Below are positions 47,463 to 64,000 of a stretch of 64,000 nt of DNA, piece after piece. Position 1 is the stretch's first letter. Every line of letters begins with the position of its first letter. The notes under the pieces are model-generated. The model was not told where the DNA came from. It made no database searches and was given only the letters and a program-made list of their open reading frames with translations. The DNA is from the human T2T-CHM13v2.0 reference genome, Homo sapiens. The stretch is taken from the NCBI RefSeq assembly GCF_009914755.1, contig NC_060931.1, one strand, 5' to 3'. A program made the position numbers and the translations under genes.

Positions 47463-48815
47463 ATGCAGAAATACAATGTCCTTGTCTTGGTGTTTTCACC
47501 TCTGGATTTTGTGTCTTCCATAGGGCTTCCTTTCTTTTCTTTCTTTCTTTTTTCCTTCCCTTCCCTTCCTTTCCCCGTCCCCCTTTTCCCCTTTCTTTCC
47601 TCTTTACCCTTCCCTTCCTTTCCTTTCTTCTTTCTGTTTCTTTTCTTTCTTTTTTTTTTAATGTTGCCTGGGCTGGTCTCAAACTCCCAGGCTCAAGCAA
47701 TCCTTCCACCTCAGCCTCGCAAACTGCAGGGAGTACAGGTGTAGCCACTGTGCCTGGCCAAAGATTCATTCCTTTCTTTCTTTCTTTTTTTGAAAGAGGG
47801 TCTTGCTCTGTTGCCCAGGCTAGAATGCAGTGGTTTGATCACTGCAACCTGAAACTCCTGGGCTCAAGCAATTCTCCTACCTCAGCCTCCTGAGTAGGTG
47901 GGACTACAGGTGCATGCCACAATGTCTGGCTAATTTTTTTTTTTTTTTTTTTTTTGAGATGGAGTCTCACATTGTTGCCCAGGCTGGAGTGCAGTAGCAT
48001 GATCTCTGCTCACTGCAACCTCCGCCTCCTGGGTTCAAGCGATTCTCCTGCCTCAGCCTCCTGAGTAGCTGAGATTACAGGCACCCGCCACTACGTCCGG
48101 CTAATTTTTTGTATTTTTAGTAGAGATGGGGTTTCACCATGTTGGCCAGGCTGGTCTTGAACTCCTGACCTTGTGATCTGCCCGCCTCAGCCTCCCAAAG
48201 TCCTGGGATTACAGGTATGAGCCCCTGCACCTGGCCATGTCTGGCTAAATTTTAATTAGTTTTTAGAGAGGGGGTCTCACTGTGTCGCCCAGGCTGTTGA
48301 GGTTCATTTCAAGGAAAATGTTTCTGGTTGCTCTCGAGCAAGGAGCATGCTGTTCAGGCCCATTACCCAATCCTCCTCACCCCAGACCAGCCTTCCAGCC
48401 TGAGGCCCTTGGCTGGGTAATGGACTTACTCGGTGAGAACCTCATGGGAGGGTCAGGTACCAGAGGGTGGATGCTTGAGAAGGCCAGCTTTGGGATCTAG
48501 TAAGGACAACCTTTGTATCAATTCAGCCCAACTTGGTAGTGGCTCACACCTGTAATCCCAGCACTCTGGGAGTCTGAGGTGGGGGGATCACTAGAGGTCA
48601 GGAGTTTGAGACCAGCCTGGGCAACATAACAAAACCCCATCTCTACTAAAAAATAATACCACTGCACTCCAGTCTGGGAAACAGCGAGACCATTTCCCCC
48701 TCCACCCCGCAAAAATTCAGGCCAGCTGCAGCCTGGAGTGATGGTGCTGAGCTCGCCCTGCTGCACAGCCACTTGGAGGAGCATCGTGAGGCCTGGAGTC
48801 TCCTCCCAGCCCTGA

Positions 48816-49076
<261 letters not shown>

Positions 49077-49661
49077 TAATCCATCCACCTCAGCCTCCCA
49101 AAGTGCTGGGATTACAGGCGTGAGCCACCGCGCCCAGCCTTGCTGGATGGAGCCCCTTGATGCACCTGAGAATTACCTTCCCCAGGATGACCCTGGAACC
49201 ATTAAGACAGGCACAGGAGGAGAGTGCAGCCTGAGTTCTCCTGTTTTTGTTCAGGGCGGCTCTGAGGCATGACTCATGCTCGAGTTTGCCTGTGGGATCC
49301 AATCAAAGCATCCCTTGCATATATATATATATACACACAGGGTCTTGCTCTGTTGACCAGGCTAGAGTACAATGGCATGATCACGGCTCACTGCAGCCTC
49401 GATCTCCTGGGCTCTAGCAATCCTCCTGCCTCAGCCTCCTGAGTAGCTGGGACTACAGGTGTGCTGCTACATCTGGCTAATTTTTTTTTTTTTTTTGAGA
49501 TGGAGTCTCGCTCTGTCACCCAGGCTGGAGTGCAGTGGCTCAATCTCGGCTCACTGCAATCTCCGCCTCCGAGGTTCGTGATTCTCCTGCCTCAGCCTCC
49601 TTAGTAGCTGGGATTACAGGCAGGCGCCACTGCACCCAGCTAATTTTTGTATTTTTAGTAG

Positions 49662-49793
<132 letters not shown>

Positions 49794-49809
49794 TGAAATT
49801 TTTTTGTAG

Positions 49810-50019
<210 letters not shown>

Positions 50020-50643
50020 TAATGCATCACTCACTCAGAAATCCGTGTGTTGAGGTCTGCTGCCCAGCAGCCTGCCCTGAGACCCATGGTGTAGTTCTGG
50101 CAAATGGAGTCTGGGCTGGGGCCACTCCCCCATCAGGTGGCAATAGGGACCTGTTTGTTGGGGGTGAGTGGTGGTTACCTTTGGCTGCCTTTTTTTTTTT
50201 TTTTTTTTTTTTGAGACAGGGTCTCACTCTGTTGCCCAGGTTGGAGTGCAGCTACAATCATAGCTTACTGCAGCCTCCAACTCCATGGCTCAAGGGATCC
50301 TCCCATCTCAGCCTCCTGAGCAGCTCAGACTACAGGCACACACCACCATGCCTGGCTTACTTTTATTATTTTTTGTAGAGACGGGGTCTTGTCATGTTGT
50401 CCAGGCTGATCTCAAATTCCTGGGCTCAAGCAGTTCTCCCACCTCAGCCTCCCAAAGTGCTGGGATTACAGGTGCTGGGATTACACAGACCAGGAACCGC
50501 CCCTGGGCTGATGCCCCTTTTTGACATGGTGGATGGGGTTCGAGATACAATAAGTTCTGCCAATCGCCTGCCTCCCCACGGGGCACCTGGTGGGCTGGAA
50601 ACACGAGGAACATCAGACAAAGGAACCCAATCCCACTTCATCA

Positions 50644-50997
<354 letters not shown>

Positions 50998-51124
50998 TCA
51001 ATTCTGGCCAGGCGCGGTGGCTCACGCCTGTAATCCCAGCACTCTGTGAGGCCGAGGCAGGCAGATCACGAGGTCAGGAGATCGAGACCATCCTGGCCAA
51101 CATGGTGAAACTCCGTCTCTACTA

Positions 51125-51685
<561 letters not shown>

Positions 51686-52389
51686 TCACTTTAGCCTCAG
51701 CTTGAGCTCCTGCACCGTGCCGCTGGCTATCATGGCATCCAGGGCCTTCAGCTCATGGCATCAGGCCTGGAGTAGGGCAAGGCCCCCCCACAAGTCCCAA
51801 CCATGAGGTGCAGCCTGAGAGTCACACACCAATAATCAAGGGATGACAGAAAGAGGAGTTCCCCGGCCTGCATGGGGACAGGTGGTATTTCAGCCCAGCC
51901 TGAAAGGTGACCAGAGAGGGGGATGCAGTGGTGGTAGGGGACATTTGTCTTGAGCAAGAGCCTGAGGTGGGAGCTGGGGGCAAATCCAGGGGTCTGAGTG
52001 GTCCTGTGGCTGGAATTTCTTGCCCTGGTGGGGGGTCCATGGTGGCTATGAAAGGCGTCAGGTGCTGGGGAAGGTTATGACTTGCCAAGGTGGATGGGGT
52101 GTGGCATGTGGTCCCGATGGACAGCAGGAAGCCATCCGAAGGCTGTTTAAGGGAACCAGGTGAGAGATGACAAGACTTCAAGGTGACAGAGTTAAGCTCT
52201 GGTAACTGGAATTTTTTCTTTTTTTTTTTTTTGAGACAGGGTCTGACTCTGTCGCCCAGGCTGGAATGCAGTGGTGCAGTCATAGCTCACTGCAGCCTTG
52301 AACTTGGGCTCAAGCTCAAGTGATCTTCCTGTCTCTGCCTCCTGAGTAGCTGGGACTACAGGTGTGCACCACCATGCCCAGCTAATTTA

Positions 52390-52420
<31 letters not shown>

Positions 52421-52436
52421 CATTTGCTTTTTTTGA

Positions 52437-52934
<498 letters not shown>

Positions 52935-53619
52935 TAGCCAGGATGGTCTCGATCTCCTGACCTCGTGATCTGCCCACCTTGGCCTCCCAAAGTGCTGGGA
53001 TTACAGGCGTGAGCTACCACGCCCGGCCCCGACCTCTAATTTTTAAATTTTTTGTAGAGGCGAGGTCTTGCTATGTTGCCCAGACTGGTCTCAAACTCCT
53101 GGGCTCAATCAATCCTCTCGCCTCAGCCCCCCACAAAGTGCTGGGATTACAGGCATGAGGCACTGCCCAATAATTCCCAGTAAATGGGAATGATTGTTCA
53201 GCAGAAAACTGATCCCTTTGGGAAAGTTAACGTGGGGAGAATGTGGCCTGGCTCTATGGTCCTTGACACCACCGTGAAAGACCAGGTCACCCTCTGCCCA
53301 TTGCCCTTCCAGAAGAAGCTTGTCCTCCCTGCCCCAGCTCCGAGTCCACCACAGTCTCCCACTCAGGCAGCTGCAAGGCATGCTGGGAGTGAGTGGCCAC
53401 TGGGGCTGGGGGCTGTCGGGGGCAGAAAGGAGGAGCAGATTCCTCCCTCCTGGCACCTACAAAAGTGTGTCCACCAGACAGGGCCAGATCAAGTCCAGGT
53501 CCCCGCAATGGAATGGGAAGGAGCAGGCAGCAGTGGGGTCTCAACTGCCGATGAGGAGGCATGCAGGGCTGGAAACACAGTCTTTCTATTTCCTTGAGCG
53601 GCCTTCAGCCTCCCCGGAG

Positions 53620-54012
53620 CCTCTTCTCCACTCAGCCTTGACCTTTGAGTGTCTGTGCCCGTCTCTGCATTGCCCAGCTGTAGCAAAAATCCTGTCAAGT
53701 CAGTTTAGCCAGAATCTCCACCCTTGGTATCTGATCAAATCCCTCCTCTCCCACCACCTGCCAGGTGCCCTCTGATCACTCTTGCCTGCCTTCAGCCAGG
53801 ATCCTGGGAGTCAGTTCAACCAGAACCTCCCACTCCTTCGTATTTTTCCACCCACCCACTCCCCTCCAACCTGCTCCTAGGCTGGAAGTCTCCACTTGTC
53901 CCTGCTGTATTCAGAATTGAGCCCAGTTCTATACTGAGGTCTCTTTTCCCTATTGCAATAGTTCCTGAATAAAATCTGTTTTTTACCGTTTTAACTACTG
54001 TCCAGCTTTGTT
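53620..54012 (+). mobile_element. ERV1-class LTR fragment (MER39/MER21/MER34-like)
   Basis: AATCCTGTCAAGTCAGTTTAGCCAGAA, AATTGAGCCCAGTTCT...CCTATTGCAATAGTTCCTGAATAAAATCTG; subfamily from memory. Confidence 0.55.
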
Positions 54013-54149
54013 TTCTTTTTCTTTTTTTTCTTGAGACAGGGTCTCAGTCTGTCGCTCAGGCTAGAGTGCAGTGGCACCATCATAGCTCACTGCAGGCTCA
54101 CCCTCCCGGGTAGCTGGAACTACAGGCTCGCACCACCATACCTGGCTAA

Positions 54150-54977
<828 letters not shown>

Positions 54978-55575
54978 GAAACATGAGTCACCGCTCCCAG
55001 CCTCACCTATGGTTTTAATAGCAGCACTACTGCCTTCAGCCCACTCCAGGCACATAGAGGCTCCGTGGGGGCATCCATCAGCATCCTTCTGTGCCAGGCT
55101 CCCTGCCAGCCCCTGGTGTGAGAGCTCAGGAGGAGCCCAGGAGGGCTTCCTGCAGGAAGAGACAGCTGAGGAAGTCCCGAGAGCCGAGTGAAGGGGAGCT
55201 CTGCCCAGTCAATGTTCAGTCCCTGCAGGTGGGTCTGTGCAGATACGGGGCAGGCCCATGTACTTGAACGGAGATGCTCTCGGCCTCACAGAATTCCAAA
55301 TGCCCCAGATGCCTGTTAACTTTTCACATACCCTGTGTCCCTGCCAGTGAGACACACGAAGGCTGAAGCATAGAACAAGCTTCATGCCAATCACTGGGTG
55401 GGCTGGCACCCTCCTCACTGCCAGCACCCACCGTGGAGGATGGGCAGGAGCCAGGCAGATGACACCCCAGGAACTGTTTCATGAGTATGCTTGGATATTC
55501 CCCCAGCCCCAACCCCACCAACTGCTCATAGATAGATGACTGACATGGAATTGTACTAGTGCAAAAAGGGTATGA

Positions 55576-55701
<126 letters not shown>

Positions 55702-55704
55702 TGA

Positions 55705-56223
<519 letters not shown>

Positions 56224-56255
56224 TAGGCTGGACTTGAACTCCTGACCTTAGGTGA

Positions 56256-56554
<299 letters not shown>

Positions 56555-56609
56555 TGATCTCGTGATCCATCTGCCTCAGCCTCCCAAAGTGCTGGGATTA
56601 CAGGCATGA

Positions 56610-56795
<186 letters not shown>

Positions 56796-57360
56796 TAAAT
56801 TTTTAGTAGAGTCAAGGTTTCACTATGTTGCCCAGGCTGGTCTTGAACTCCTGGGCTCAAGCTATCTTCCTGCTTCGGCCTCCCAAAGTGCTGGGATTCC
56901 AGGCGTGAGCCACTGCACCCAGCTAATTTTTAAAAATGTTGTGTAGCGACAGGGTCTTGCTATGTTGCCCAGGCTGCTCTCAAACTCCTGGCCTTAAGCT
57001 TTCCTCCTGCCTCAGCCTTCCAAAGTGCTGGGACTACAGGCATGGGCCAATCCTGGCCTGCTTTTTAATTACTTCCTTCTTCAAATGAGTCTAGGGAAAT
57101 CTATCAAGACTGAGTTCAGTAGTGAGTGACAAGAAGGTCCAACTAAACTACAGTTTATGACAACCAATTGTCCCCAGGTCAGAGGCATCCTCAGGTGGCC
57201 CAGGCCTGGTCTAGCATCTCCCTAAGGCCAAGGACACATAAGTCCCACCAGCTTCCTTCGTCTCCTCTCCGTCTCCTCAGCCCCTCAGCAGTGCTGTTGG
57301 AGCAAGAAGCAAAACTCACTCGTAGGGCCCGGTGAGGTGGCTCACGCCCTTTCCTTTCCT

Positions 57361-57456
57361 AAAAAGGAAAGGGAAAGGAAGAAAAGGGAAGGAAGAAAGG
57401 AAGGAAGGGAAAGAAAGAAGGAAAGAAAGGAAAGGAAAAGGAAAAGGAAAAGGAAA
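57361..57456. repeat. Polypurine (GGAAA/GAAA) tract; similar pyrimidine tracts at about 43738-43823 and 47528-47658
   Basis: About 95 nt of pure A/G. Confidence 0.9.
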
Positions 57457-57889
57457 ATTATCTGTGGACGAGGGAGAGGAAGAAATTGAGTCTTGGATTA
57501 GGTATCAGGTGAGGACAGGCCAAGAGGAGATCTGAGGAGATGCTGGGGTGATTCGGGGTCCCTGCCTGACAGGGTGGAGGGATCTAAGGCCGGGATGGAG
57601 CTGCTGACTCTATTATACACACTCCTCTTCTGGGGTCCCTTGCTGTCCACATTACAGGTGGTTTTGGGCAACGGGCAGCACTGGGAAGTGACAGGGTGCA
57701 GGAGGGCAGGGTTGGGGTACTCTCTCCTTGCCACACTGTCCCTCTATAATCACAGTGCCCACAGTGTCCCCATCTTTATATCTCCACCTCCCTCCAGGCT
57801 TGACAACATCCTGCCCTTTCCTGCTCCTGCAGGGCTAAGGGTGGCAAAGGCCTGGTGCCTTCACATTCCAGCTGCTTCCCTTTACCTGG

Positions 57890-58609
<720 letters not shown>

Positions 58610-59301
58610 CCTGGTGACACTGCTTTTGGTCAATTGTTAATTGTCCTACAGTCAGAGCCCTTCCTGGGAGTGCCTGGGGGCAATTGCACCTTCCTACTGA
58701 ACCTGACGGATCAGGTAGGGTGGGGAAGGGTCTAATCTAGGGATTAGGGGTTCTAAAAGATACCCACAGGAGAGTCAGGCAGTGTCATTCAGATGTGGGC
58801 CTGGAGGAAAGGGACAGGGAGTGGTGGGCACTGAGGACCATGGCCACGCTCAGTCCCACCCACAGAAGCTGGTTACTTCTCAGGCCCTACTGGCTGGTGC
58901 CCTGCAAACCAGGGGCCTTGTGTTGCCAGAACTTCTGATTTTTCAGATTTTATTTATTATTAGAGACAGGGTTTCAATCTGTTGCCCAGGCTGGAGTGGA
59001 GTGGTGCTATCATAGCTCACTGCAGCCTCAACCTCCTGGGCTCAAGCAATCCTCCCACCTTGTTTTCCCAAAGTGCTGGGATTACAGGTGTGACCCGCCT
59101 CGGCCCCCCAGAGTGCTTAATTTATAGGTGTGAGACCCCGCATTAGAACCTGATTTTTCAATTTTATTTTTTAAACAAGAATGGGACTCCTTATTTTAAA
59201 ATGTTATTAACTTTAAGACATTTTAAGACACCAAGAGCCAAGCGACATCACTGTGAGGGTCTGATTCAAGGGGTTGGGGCTGCACCCCTCTGTGGGACTA
59301 A

Positions 59302-59547
<246 letters not shown>

Positions 59548-60049
59548 TGACCTCGTGATCCGCCCGCCAAGACCTCCCAAAGTGCTAGGATTACAGACAC
59601 CGTGCCTGGCCGAGTCCTCCTCTATCTCTTGCCCAGTCAGGCCTGGGGTCCCCACAGAAAAGCACCAAGAACAGTGGTGCAGGCGGGCTGGGAGCTGGGG
59701 AAGGGGCCCAGGCCACACCATTCCAGGCGGAAGACAGACCCTGGACTCCACCAATGCCAGAGCTCATCCTGACACCCCAGCTGCACCTCTTGGGAGCAGG
59801 TGCAGACAGGCTTGTGGGTGGGGGTCTGGGGGTGGCCGCTGAGCTCACCGACCCCTCCCTGGGTTCCTGGGGTCGCCTGTCACTTCTGCCCCCACACTGG
59901 CCATGCCCTCTGCCTGGACATCGCTTCCCTGCCCGTGACCCCATGTCCCTCCAAGTGCGGGCTCCACAACCCCAGTCTCCTCCTGCACTCAACCGCCACA
60001 GTCCACCCATAAGACGTTCACCCCGCCCGTCCCTCCTCCCTCCCCACCC

Positions 60050-61150
60050 ACAAGACGTTCACCCCGCGCGGGCCCGGGGATCTGGTGGAGGCGTGGACAC
60101 CTGGCCCCCTCCCCACCACAGGGGTCGCCTCCTCCCTCCACCATCCTGGGGTCCCGGGCAGGCTCCGTGGACTGGCGGAGGGGGCCCAGCGCGGGGCCTG
60201 GTCCTCAGCGGGCGCCCCGATGAACGAGGCCGGGCTGGGGTTCGGGGAAGGCGGTGGTCGCAGCGGCGGGACCTCGGGGTCACCTCCGAGACCTGGCCAG
60301 GGTGTCCAGGAGCGGGGCGAGGTTGTGGGCGCCCCACGAGTGTCGAGGGCGCTCCCGTCCCCTCCCCGCACGCCCCGTCCTCGCCCCGGCCCGAGGCCCA
60401 GCTGGGCAAACCCCCGCAACCCGCGCTTCGCCGCTCCGCGCCGCTGCCCCCGCGTGACCGGAAGTTCCTCCCCCCGCGGGCGCGGGCGGGGCGGGGCCGG
60501 CCGGCGGTACTTCCGGTGCCCACGCGCCGCCGTCGCGCAGCTCCCGGGCCGTCACTTTGTGTAGCGCGGGGTCCGCCGCCGGCCCGCAGGCCCCGGCCCC
60601 GGTGTCCGGCCCGTGGCTCGGCCAGCCCGGCCCGCGCGGTGAGTGGGTCTCGCGGGGCCGGTGGGCGGCGGCGCGGGCGGCAGGTGCGGGCGGGCCGGGC
60701 TTGCGCTCGGGGGCGGCGGCGGCGGCGGGGCCGGGCTGGCCCTCGACGCCCGGCGCGGGGAGGCCGCGGGGAGGCGGCGGGGCCGGGGCCTGCAGAGTCG
60801 GAGCGGAACGCGGGTAGGGACTTCCGCGGCAGCGCCCCCGCCTCCCGGACCCCCGTCCGGGCCTGCGCGTTGCCGACCCCCGGGGCCGGTCCGGGCAGGA
60901 GGCGGAGGGGGCAGGCCCGGGAGGCCACGCGTGACACCTCGGGGTGCCCGCCCACGCCTTCTCGGCCGCAGCGGCAGGGGCTGGGCCGCGGCCGCCCCCA
61001 GGACACACCCATCCAGGAGGGGCTGTCATCGTCTAGGTCTCTGCAGGAGGAGGCGGCTCCGGACGCCCCCTGGGGGGCGGGAGGCGCTCGGCCCGTCGCC
61101 CCAGGAGCCCGCTTTGTGACCTTGGGGGCCTTATCCGGGCTTTCCCTCAT
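60050..61150 (+). promoter_or_regulatory. ZNF316: CpG-island promoter of the next gene (ZNF316 by synteny)
   Basis: Inverted ETS pair ACCGGAAGT (60457-60465) / ACTTCCGGT (60509-60517) around tandem GC boxes; name rests on recalled gene order only, no CDS in window. Confidence 0.75.
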
Positions 61151-62332
61151 CTGCAGAAGGAGCCCCGGTGGGCTGCTCGGCTGTCTTCTGCTGCCGGCAG
61201 GTAGGTAGGGACACCCATCCCTGGGATTGGATGGGGTCTGGGCTGTCCCGCGTGGCAGCAGAGGTAGGAAAGGGGCTGGGCTTTGGTCGAGGACCCGATG
61301 GGCAAGAGGAAGTGCAGGTACCAGGAGGATCAGGCCCCCAGCTCTGCTTGTGTGGGGAGACCTCGGTGCTTGGTTTGGTTCAACAAGTGTGGGCAGGTCT
61401 GGGGGCCGGGTGGGGTGGTGAGGGGGCTACCCTGGGGAACCTGAGATGGCCCCCGTGGAAATAACCTGCACCAGGAGCAAACCCAGGAAAGTAGGGGGAT
61501 CCAGAATCCGAGGACAGACAGTGAGGACTGTGGTGGTCGGGGAAGGAAGTCCTTCAGGAGGGCATGAAGACCCGAAGGGCTCTGAGGGCAGCGGGGGCCA
61601 CCCAGAGGGAATGAAGGGGGCTAGACACAAGCACACCCCCACATCTCCCGCTCTCTGAGTTGGGTTTCCCTGGCTTTGGAGCTTTTGTGAGGAGTTTCTA
61701 TCAACTTTCAAGCTTTGCCTCTTCTTCCTGCCCTTGCCTCGCTCCCTTCTCCTCTTGGGAGATACCTTGTCACCTCCCATTCTAAATGTTGGCTGCAGCA
61801 CCGTATCCTAGAGTGCAGGGCCCTAGTAGAAATGAGGGTTTGGGGCCGGGTGAGGTGGCTCACGCCTGTAATCCCAGCACTTTGTGAGGTCGAGGCGGGT
61901 GGATCACCTGAGGTGGGGAGTTTGAGAAATGAGGGTTTGGGATGACGTTGGTGAAGCTCCCTGTGGCCTCTGGTTTGGGACTGATGCTGATGAGACCCCC
62001 TGTGGCCTCTGACCCAGAGTTGGATGCCGAGGGAGAAGTGAGCAGTGTTTACAGTGGACTGGCAGGCTGGCAAGAAGAGGGCAAGAGTGCAGGCCTGGGG
62101 GAGGCAGAGATAACCCAGGGCGAGTTGCTGGAATCTAAACTCTGCCCGGACTGCTGAGGTCCGTTTTTCAAACCATTATGTTCTGAATCTTGGGTTGGGG
62201 ACGATGTCTGGCTGTGCTTCTGACCTCTGTAGGAGCTGGTCCTCCACCTTCTCTGGTCATCCGTGGGTGGACTTCTTGGGAGAAAGAACTCAGTGTCGTC
62301 TTTGGAGGCAGAGACTCTCCACTGCTTCTGGG
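60520..62332 (+). other. ZNF316: Putative non-coding 5' exons of ZNF316: about 60520..60638, 61157..61200, 62233..62332
   Basis: Donors GCG|GTGAGT (60639), CAG|GTAGGT (61201), GGG|GTGAGT (62333); acceptors TCTGCAG|(61156), CTCTGTAG|(62232). Confidence 0.6.
61844..61927 (+). mobile_element. 3'-truncated tailless Alu flanked by a 16-17 bp direct repeat
   Basis: AGAAATGAGGGTTTGG at 61828-61843 and 61925-61940. Confidence 0.85.
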
Positions 62333-63390
62333 GTGAGTTCCAATTCCAAGGGTCCCCCCAACCCCCTACCCCCAGCAGTGGTCAGTCTGTTCTGGAACAG
62401 GACAGTAGGGCCAAAATGCTGAGTTTGAAAAATCCTGTGTCCATCACATTGGCTGGCGACTTTAGACATTCTTTTAGTAAGTATTTGAATGCTTCTTAAG
62501 TGCTGGTGTGAGGGGTATTCAGACATGAGCAAAGGGAGCTTCTGCCGCCCAGGAGCTGGCTGTACTCAGGGAGAGAGATGATAAGACAGTCTCATAAGTG
62601 TATTTTTAAGATGTGGTGAGTGCTGTGAGGGAAGAATTACAGGGAACTGTGTCACCCACTGGGGCCCAGGGGGCTGCCTCAGAAGACCACCCAGGAAAAG
62701 GGGAAGAGAGTTCTGGGGATGGGGAATAACACACACACGGCCTGAGATGAGATGAACATGCAGCCACTTTATTCCAAAGCTGTGAAGTGTTCTTCTGTTG
62801 TGTCCTCATATATGGCGGCCTGGCTCTGGGAGTTTAAAGTTGCTGCTTCAGGTGGTGGCCAGGCAGGAGACAGCTCTACTGAGCTTGGCATGGCACCTAG
62901 GCCCAGCCTGAATCTGCGGCCTGAGGCTTGAAAGAGAAAAGCCCTCCTCTGGGCCTCAAGTGGGTGGCAGTTGGGAAACCGTTGCTGCGTGTACCCAGCG
63001 CCCTGAGTGCTGGGCAGGGCCGTGTCCTCCTGGAGGTGGCTAGCATAACACGCAGCACGTGGATTTCGACACTTTGGGCATCTTCACACGCCAAAGAGCT
63101 GTGGACACTGAGAAGGTTGGCTTCTGGGAGAGGCTGGAGGTTGGGGTGGCGCTCCCAGGCGTAGTTCTGTGACTTGAGTCTTTGGGGGTTAGTGATTCTG
63201 AAACTAGAAAGGGGGCTGGAGCCAGTCAGGGGGCACGTGTGACCTTCGGGACAGAGGTGGCTTCTGGATGCCTGTGTGTCCCAGCCTTTGACTTGGGTGA
63301 GCCTGTGTGAATGCTCAGAGCTTCCTGGCTATTAAAGTGTGGATTTTAAAGCAACTGCTCAAAGCAGTTCAGGAAATGAGTACGCGCGGC

Positions 63391-64000
63391 TGCTATGGTT
63401 TGGGTGTTTGTCCAGGTGTCAGGCTGTTCTCGCATTGCTGTAAAGAAATACCTGAGACTGGGTCATTTATAAAGAAGAGGTGAGACTGGCGCATGGTTCT
63501 GCAGGCTGTACAGGAAGCATGGTGCTGGCATCTGCCTGGCTTCTAGGGAGCCTCAGGAAGCCTTTAATCATGGTGGACGGTGAGGGGGAGTAGGTATGTC
63601 ACATGGCGAAAACAGGAACAAGCAAGAGAGAGTGAGTGGGGAGGCGCCACACACTTTTAAAGACGACCAGATGTCCTGTGAACTCATTACTCACTGTCTC
63701 CAAGGGGATGGCCCAAGATTCAGGAGGGACCCACCCCCATGATCCAGTCACCTCCCACCAGGCCCCGCCTCCAGCATTGGGGATTACGGTTCAGTGTGAG
63801 ATCTGGGCGGGGACAAACATCCAGGCTCCATCAGTCCCCTTCCAGTCTCACGCTGAAGCATGATTTCCAGTGCTGGAGGCGGGCCTGCTGGGAGGTGATT
63901 TCCAGTGTTGGAGGTGGGCCTGGTGGGAGGGGATTGGCCCATGGAGGCGGATCCCTCATGAATGGTCTAGCACCGTCCCCTTGGTGATAAGGGAGTTCTC
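63391..64000. mobile_element. Nested MST-type MaLR LTRs: + copy (63391 to window end) interrupted by a - copy (63415-63833)
   Basis: TGCTATGGTTTGGGTGTTTGTCC start; inner copy ends GGGGACAAACATCCAGGCTCCATCA; TSD GTCC(A/C). Confidence 0.8.

Noticed and set aside
59754-61208. 484-aa + ORF and 363-aa - ORF across the ZNF316 CpG island
   Set aside because: Arg/Gly/Pro/Ala composition expected from very high GC, several frames open at once, starts upstream of the likely TSS and runs through good splice sites

Overview
Human (primate) genomic DNA, very Alu-dense with six CpG islands, recognisable from protein sequences and gene order as chr7p22.1. Four genes lie head-to-tail on the + strand. ZDHHC4 (DHHC palmitoyltransferase, 6 coding exons, 344 aa, CDS 3729-12083), INTS15/C7orf26 (Integrator subunit 15, 6 exons, 449 aa, CDS 13457-31345) and ZNF853 (Gln-rich, five C2H2 fingers, 3 coding exons, 659 aa, CDS 39357-46157) are complete. 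The promoter and non-coding 5' exons of the next gene (ZNF316 by synteny) start near 60450. All three spliced CDS models close exactly with GT-AG junctions. Most other ORFs in the track are Alu-derived or GC-bias artefacts. Best leads: (1) a 226-codon ORF in frame with the ZNF853 start and separated from it by one TGA-C; (2) a non-canonical ZDHHC4 3' end about 1 kb from the INTS15 promoter, with an in-frame read-through splice available; (3) a uORF cluster in ZDHHC4 exon 2; (4) a (TG)28-T15-AG antisense-Alu cryptic exon in INTS15; (5) a 5-nt tandem acceptor that turns the ZNF853 start codon into a uORF. None is demonstrated; all are testable inferences.
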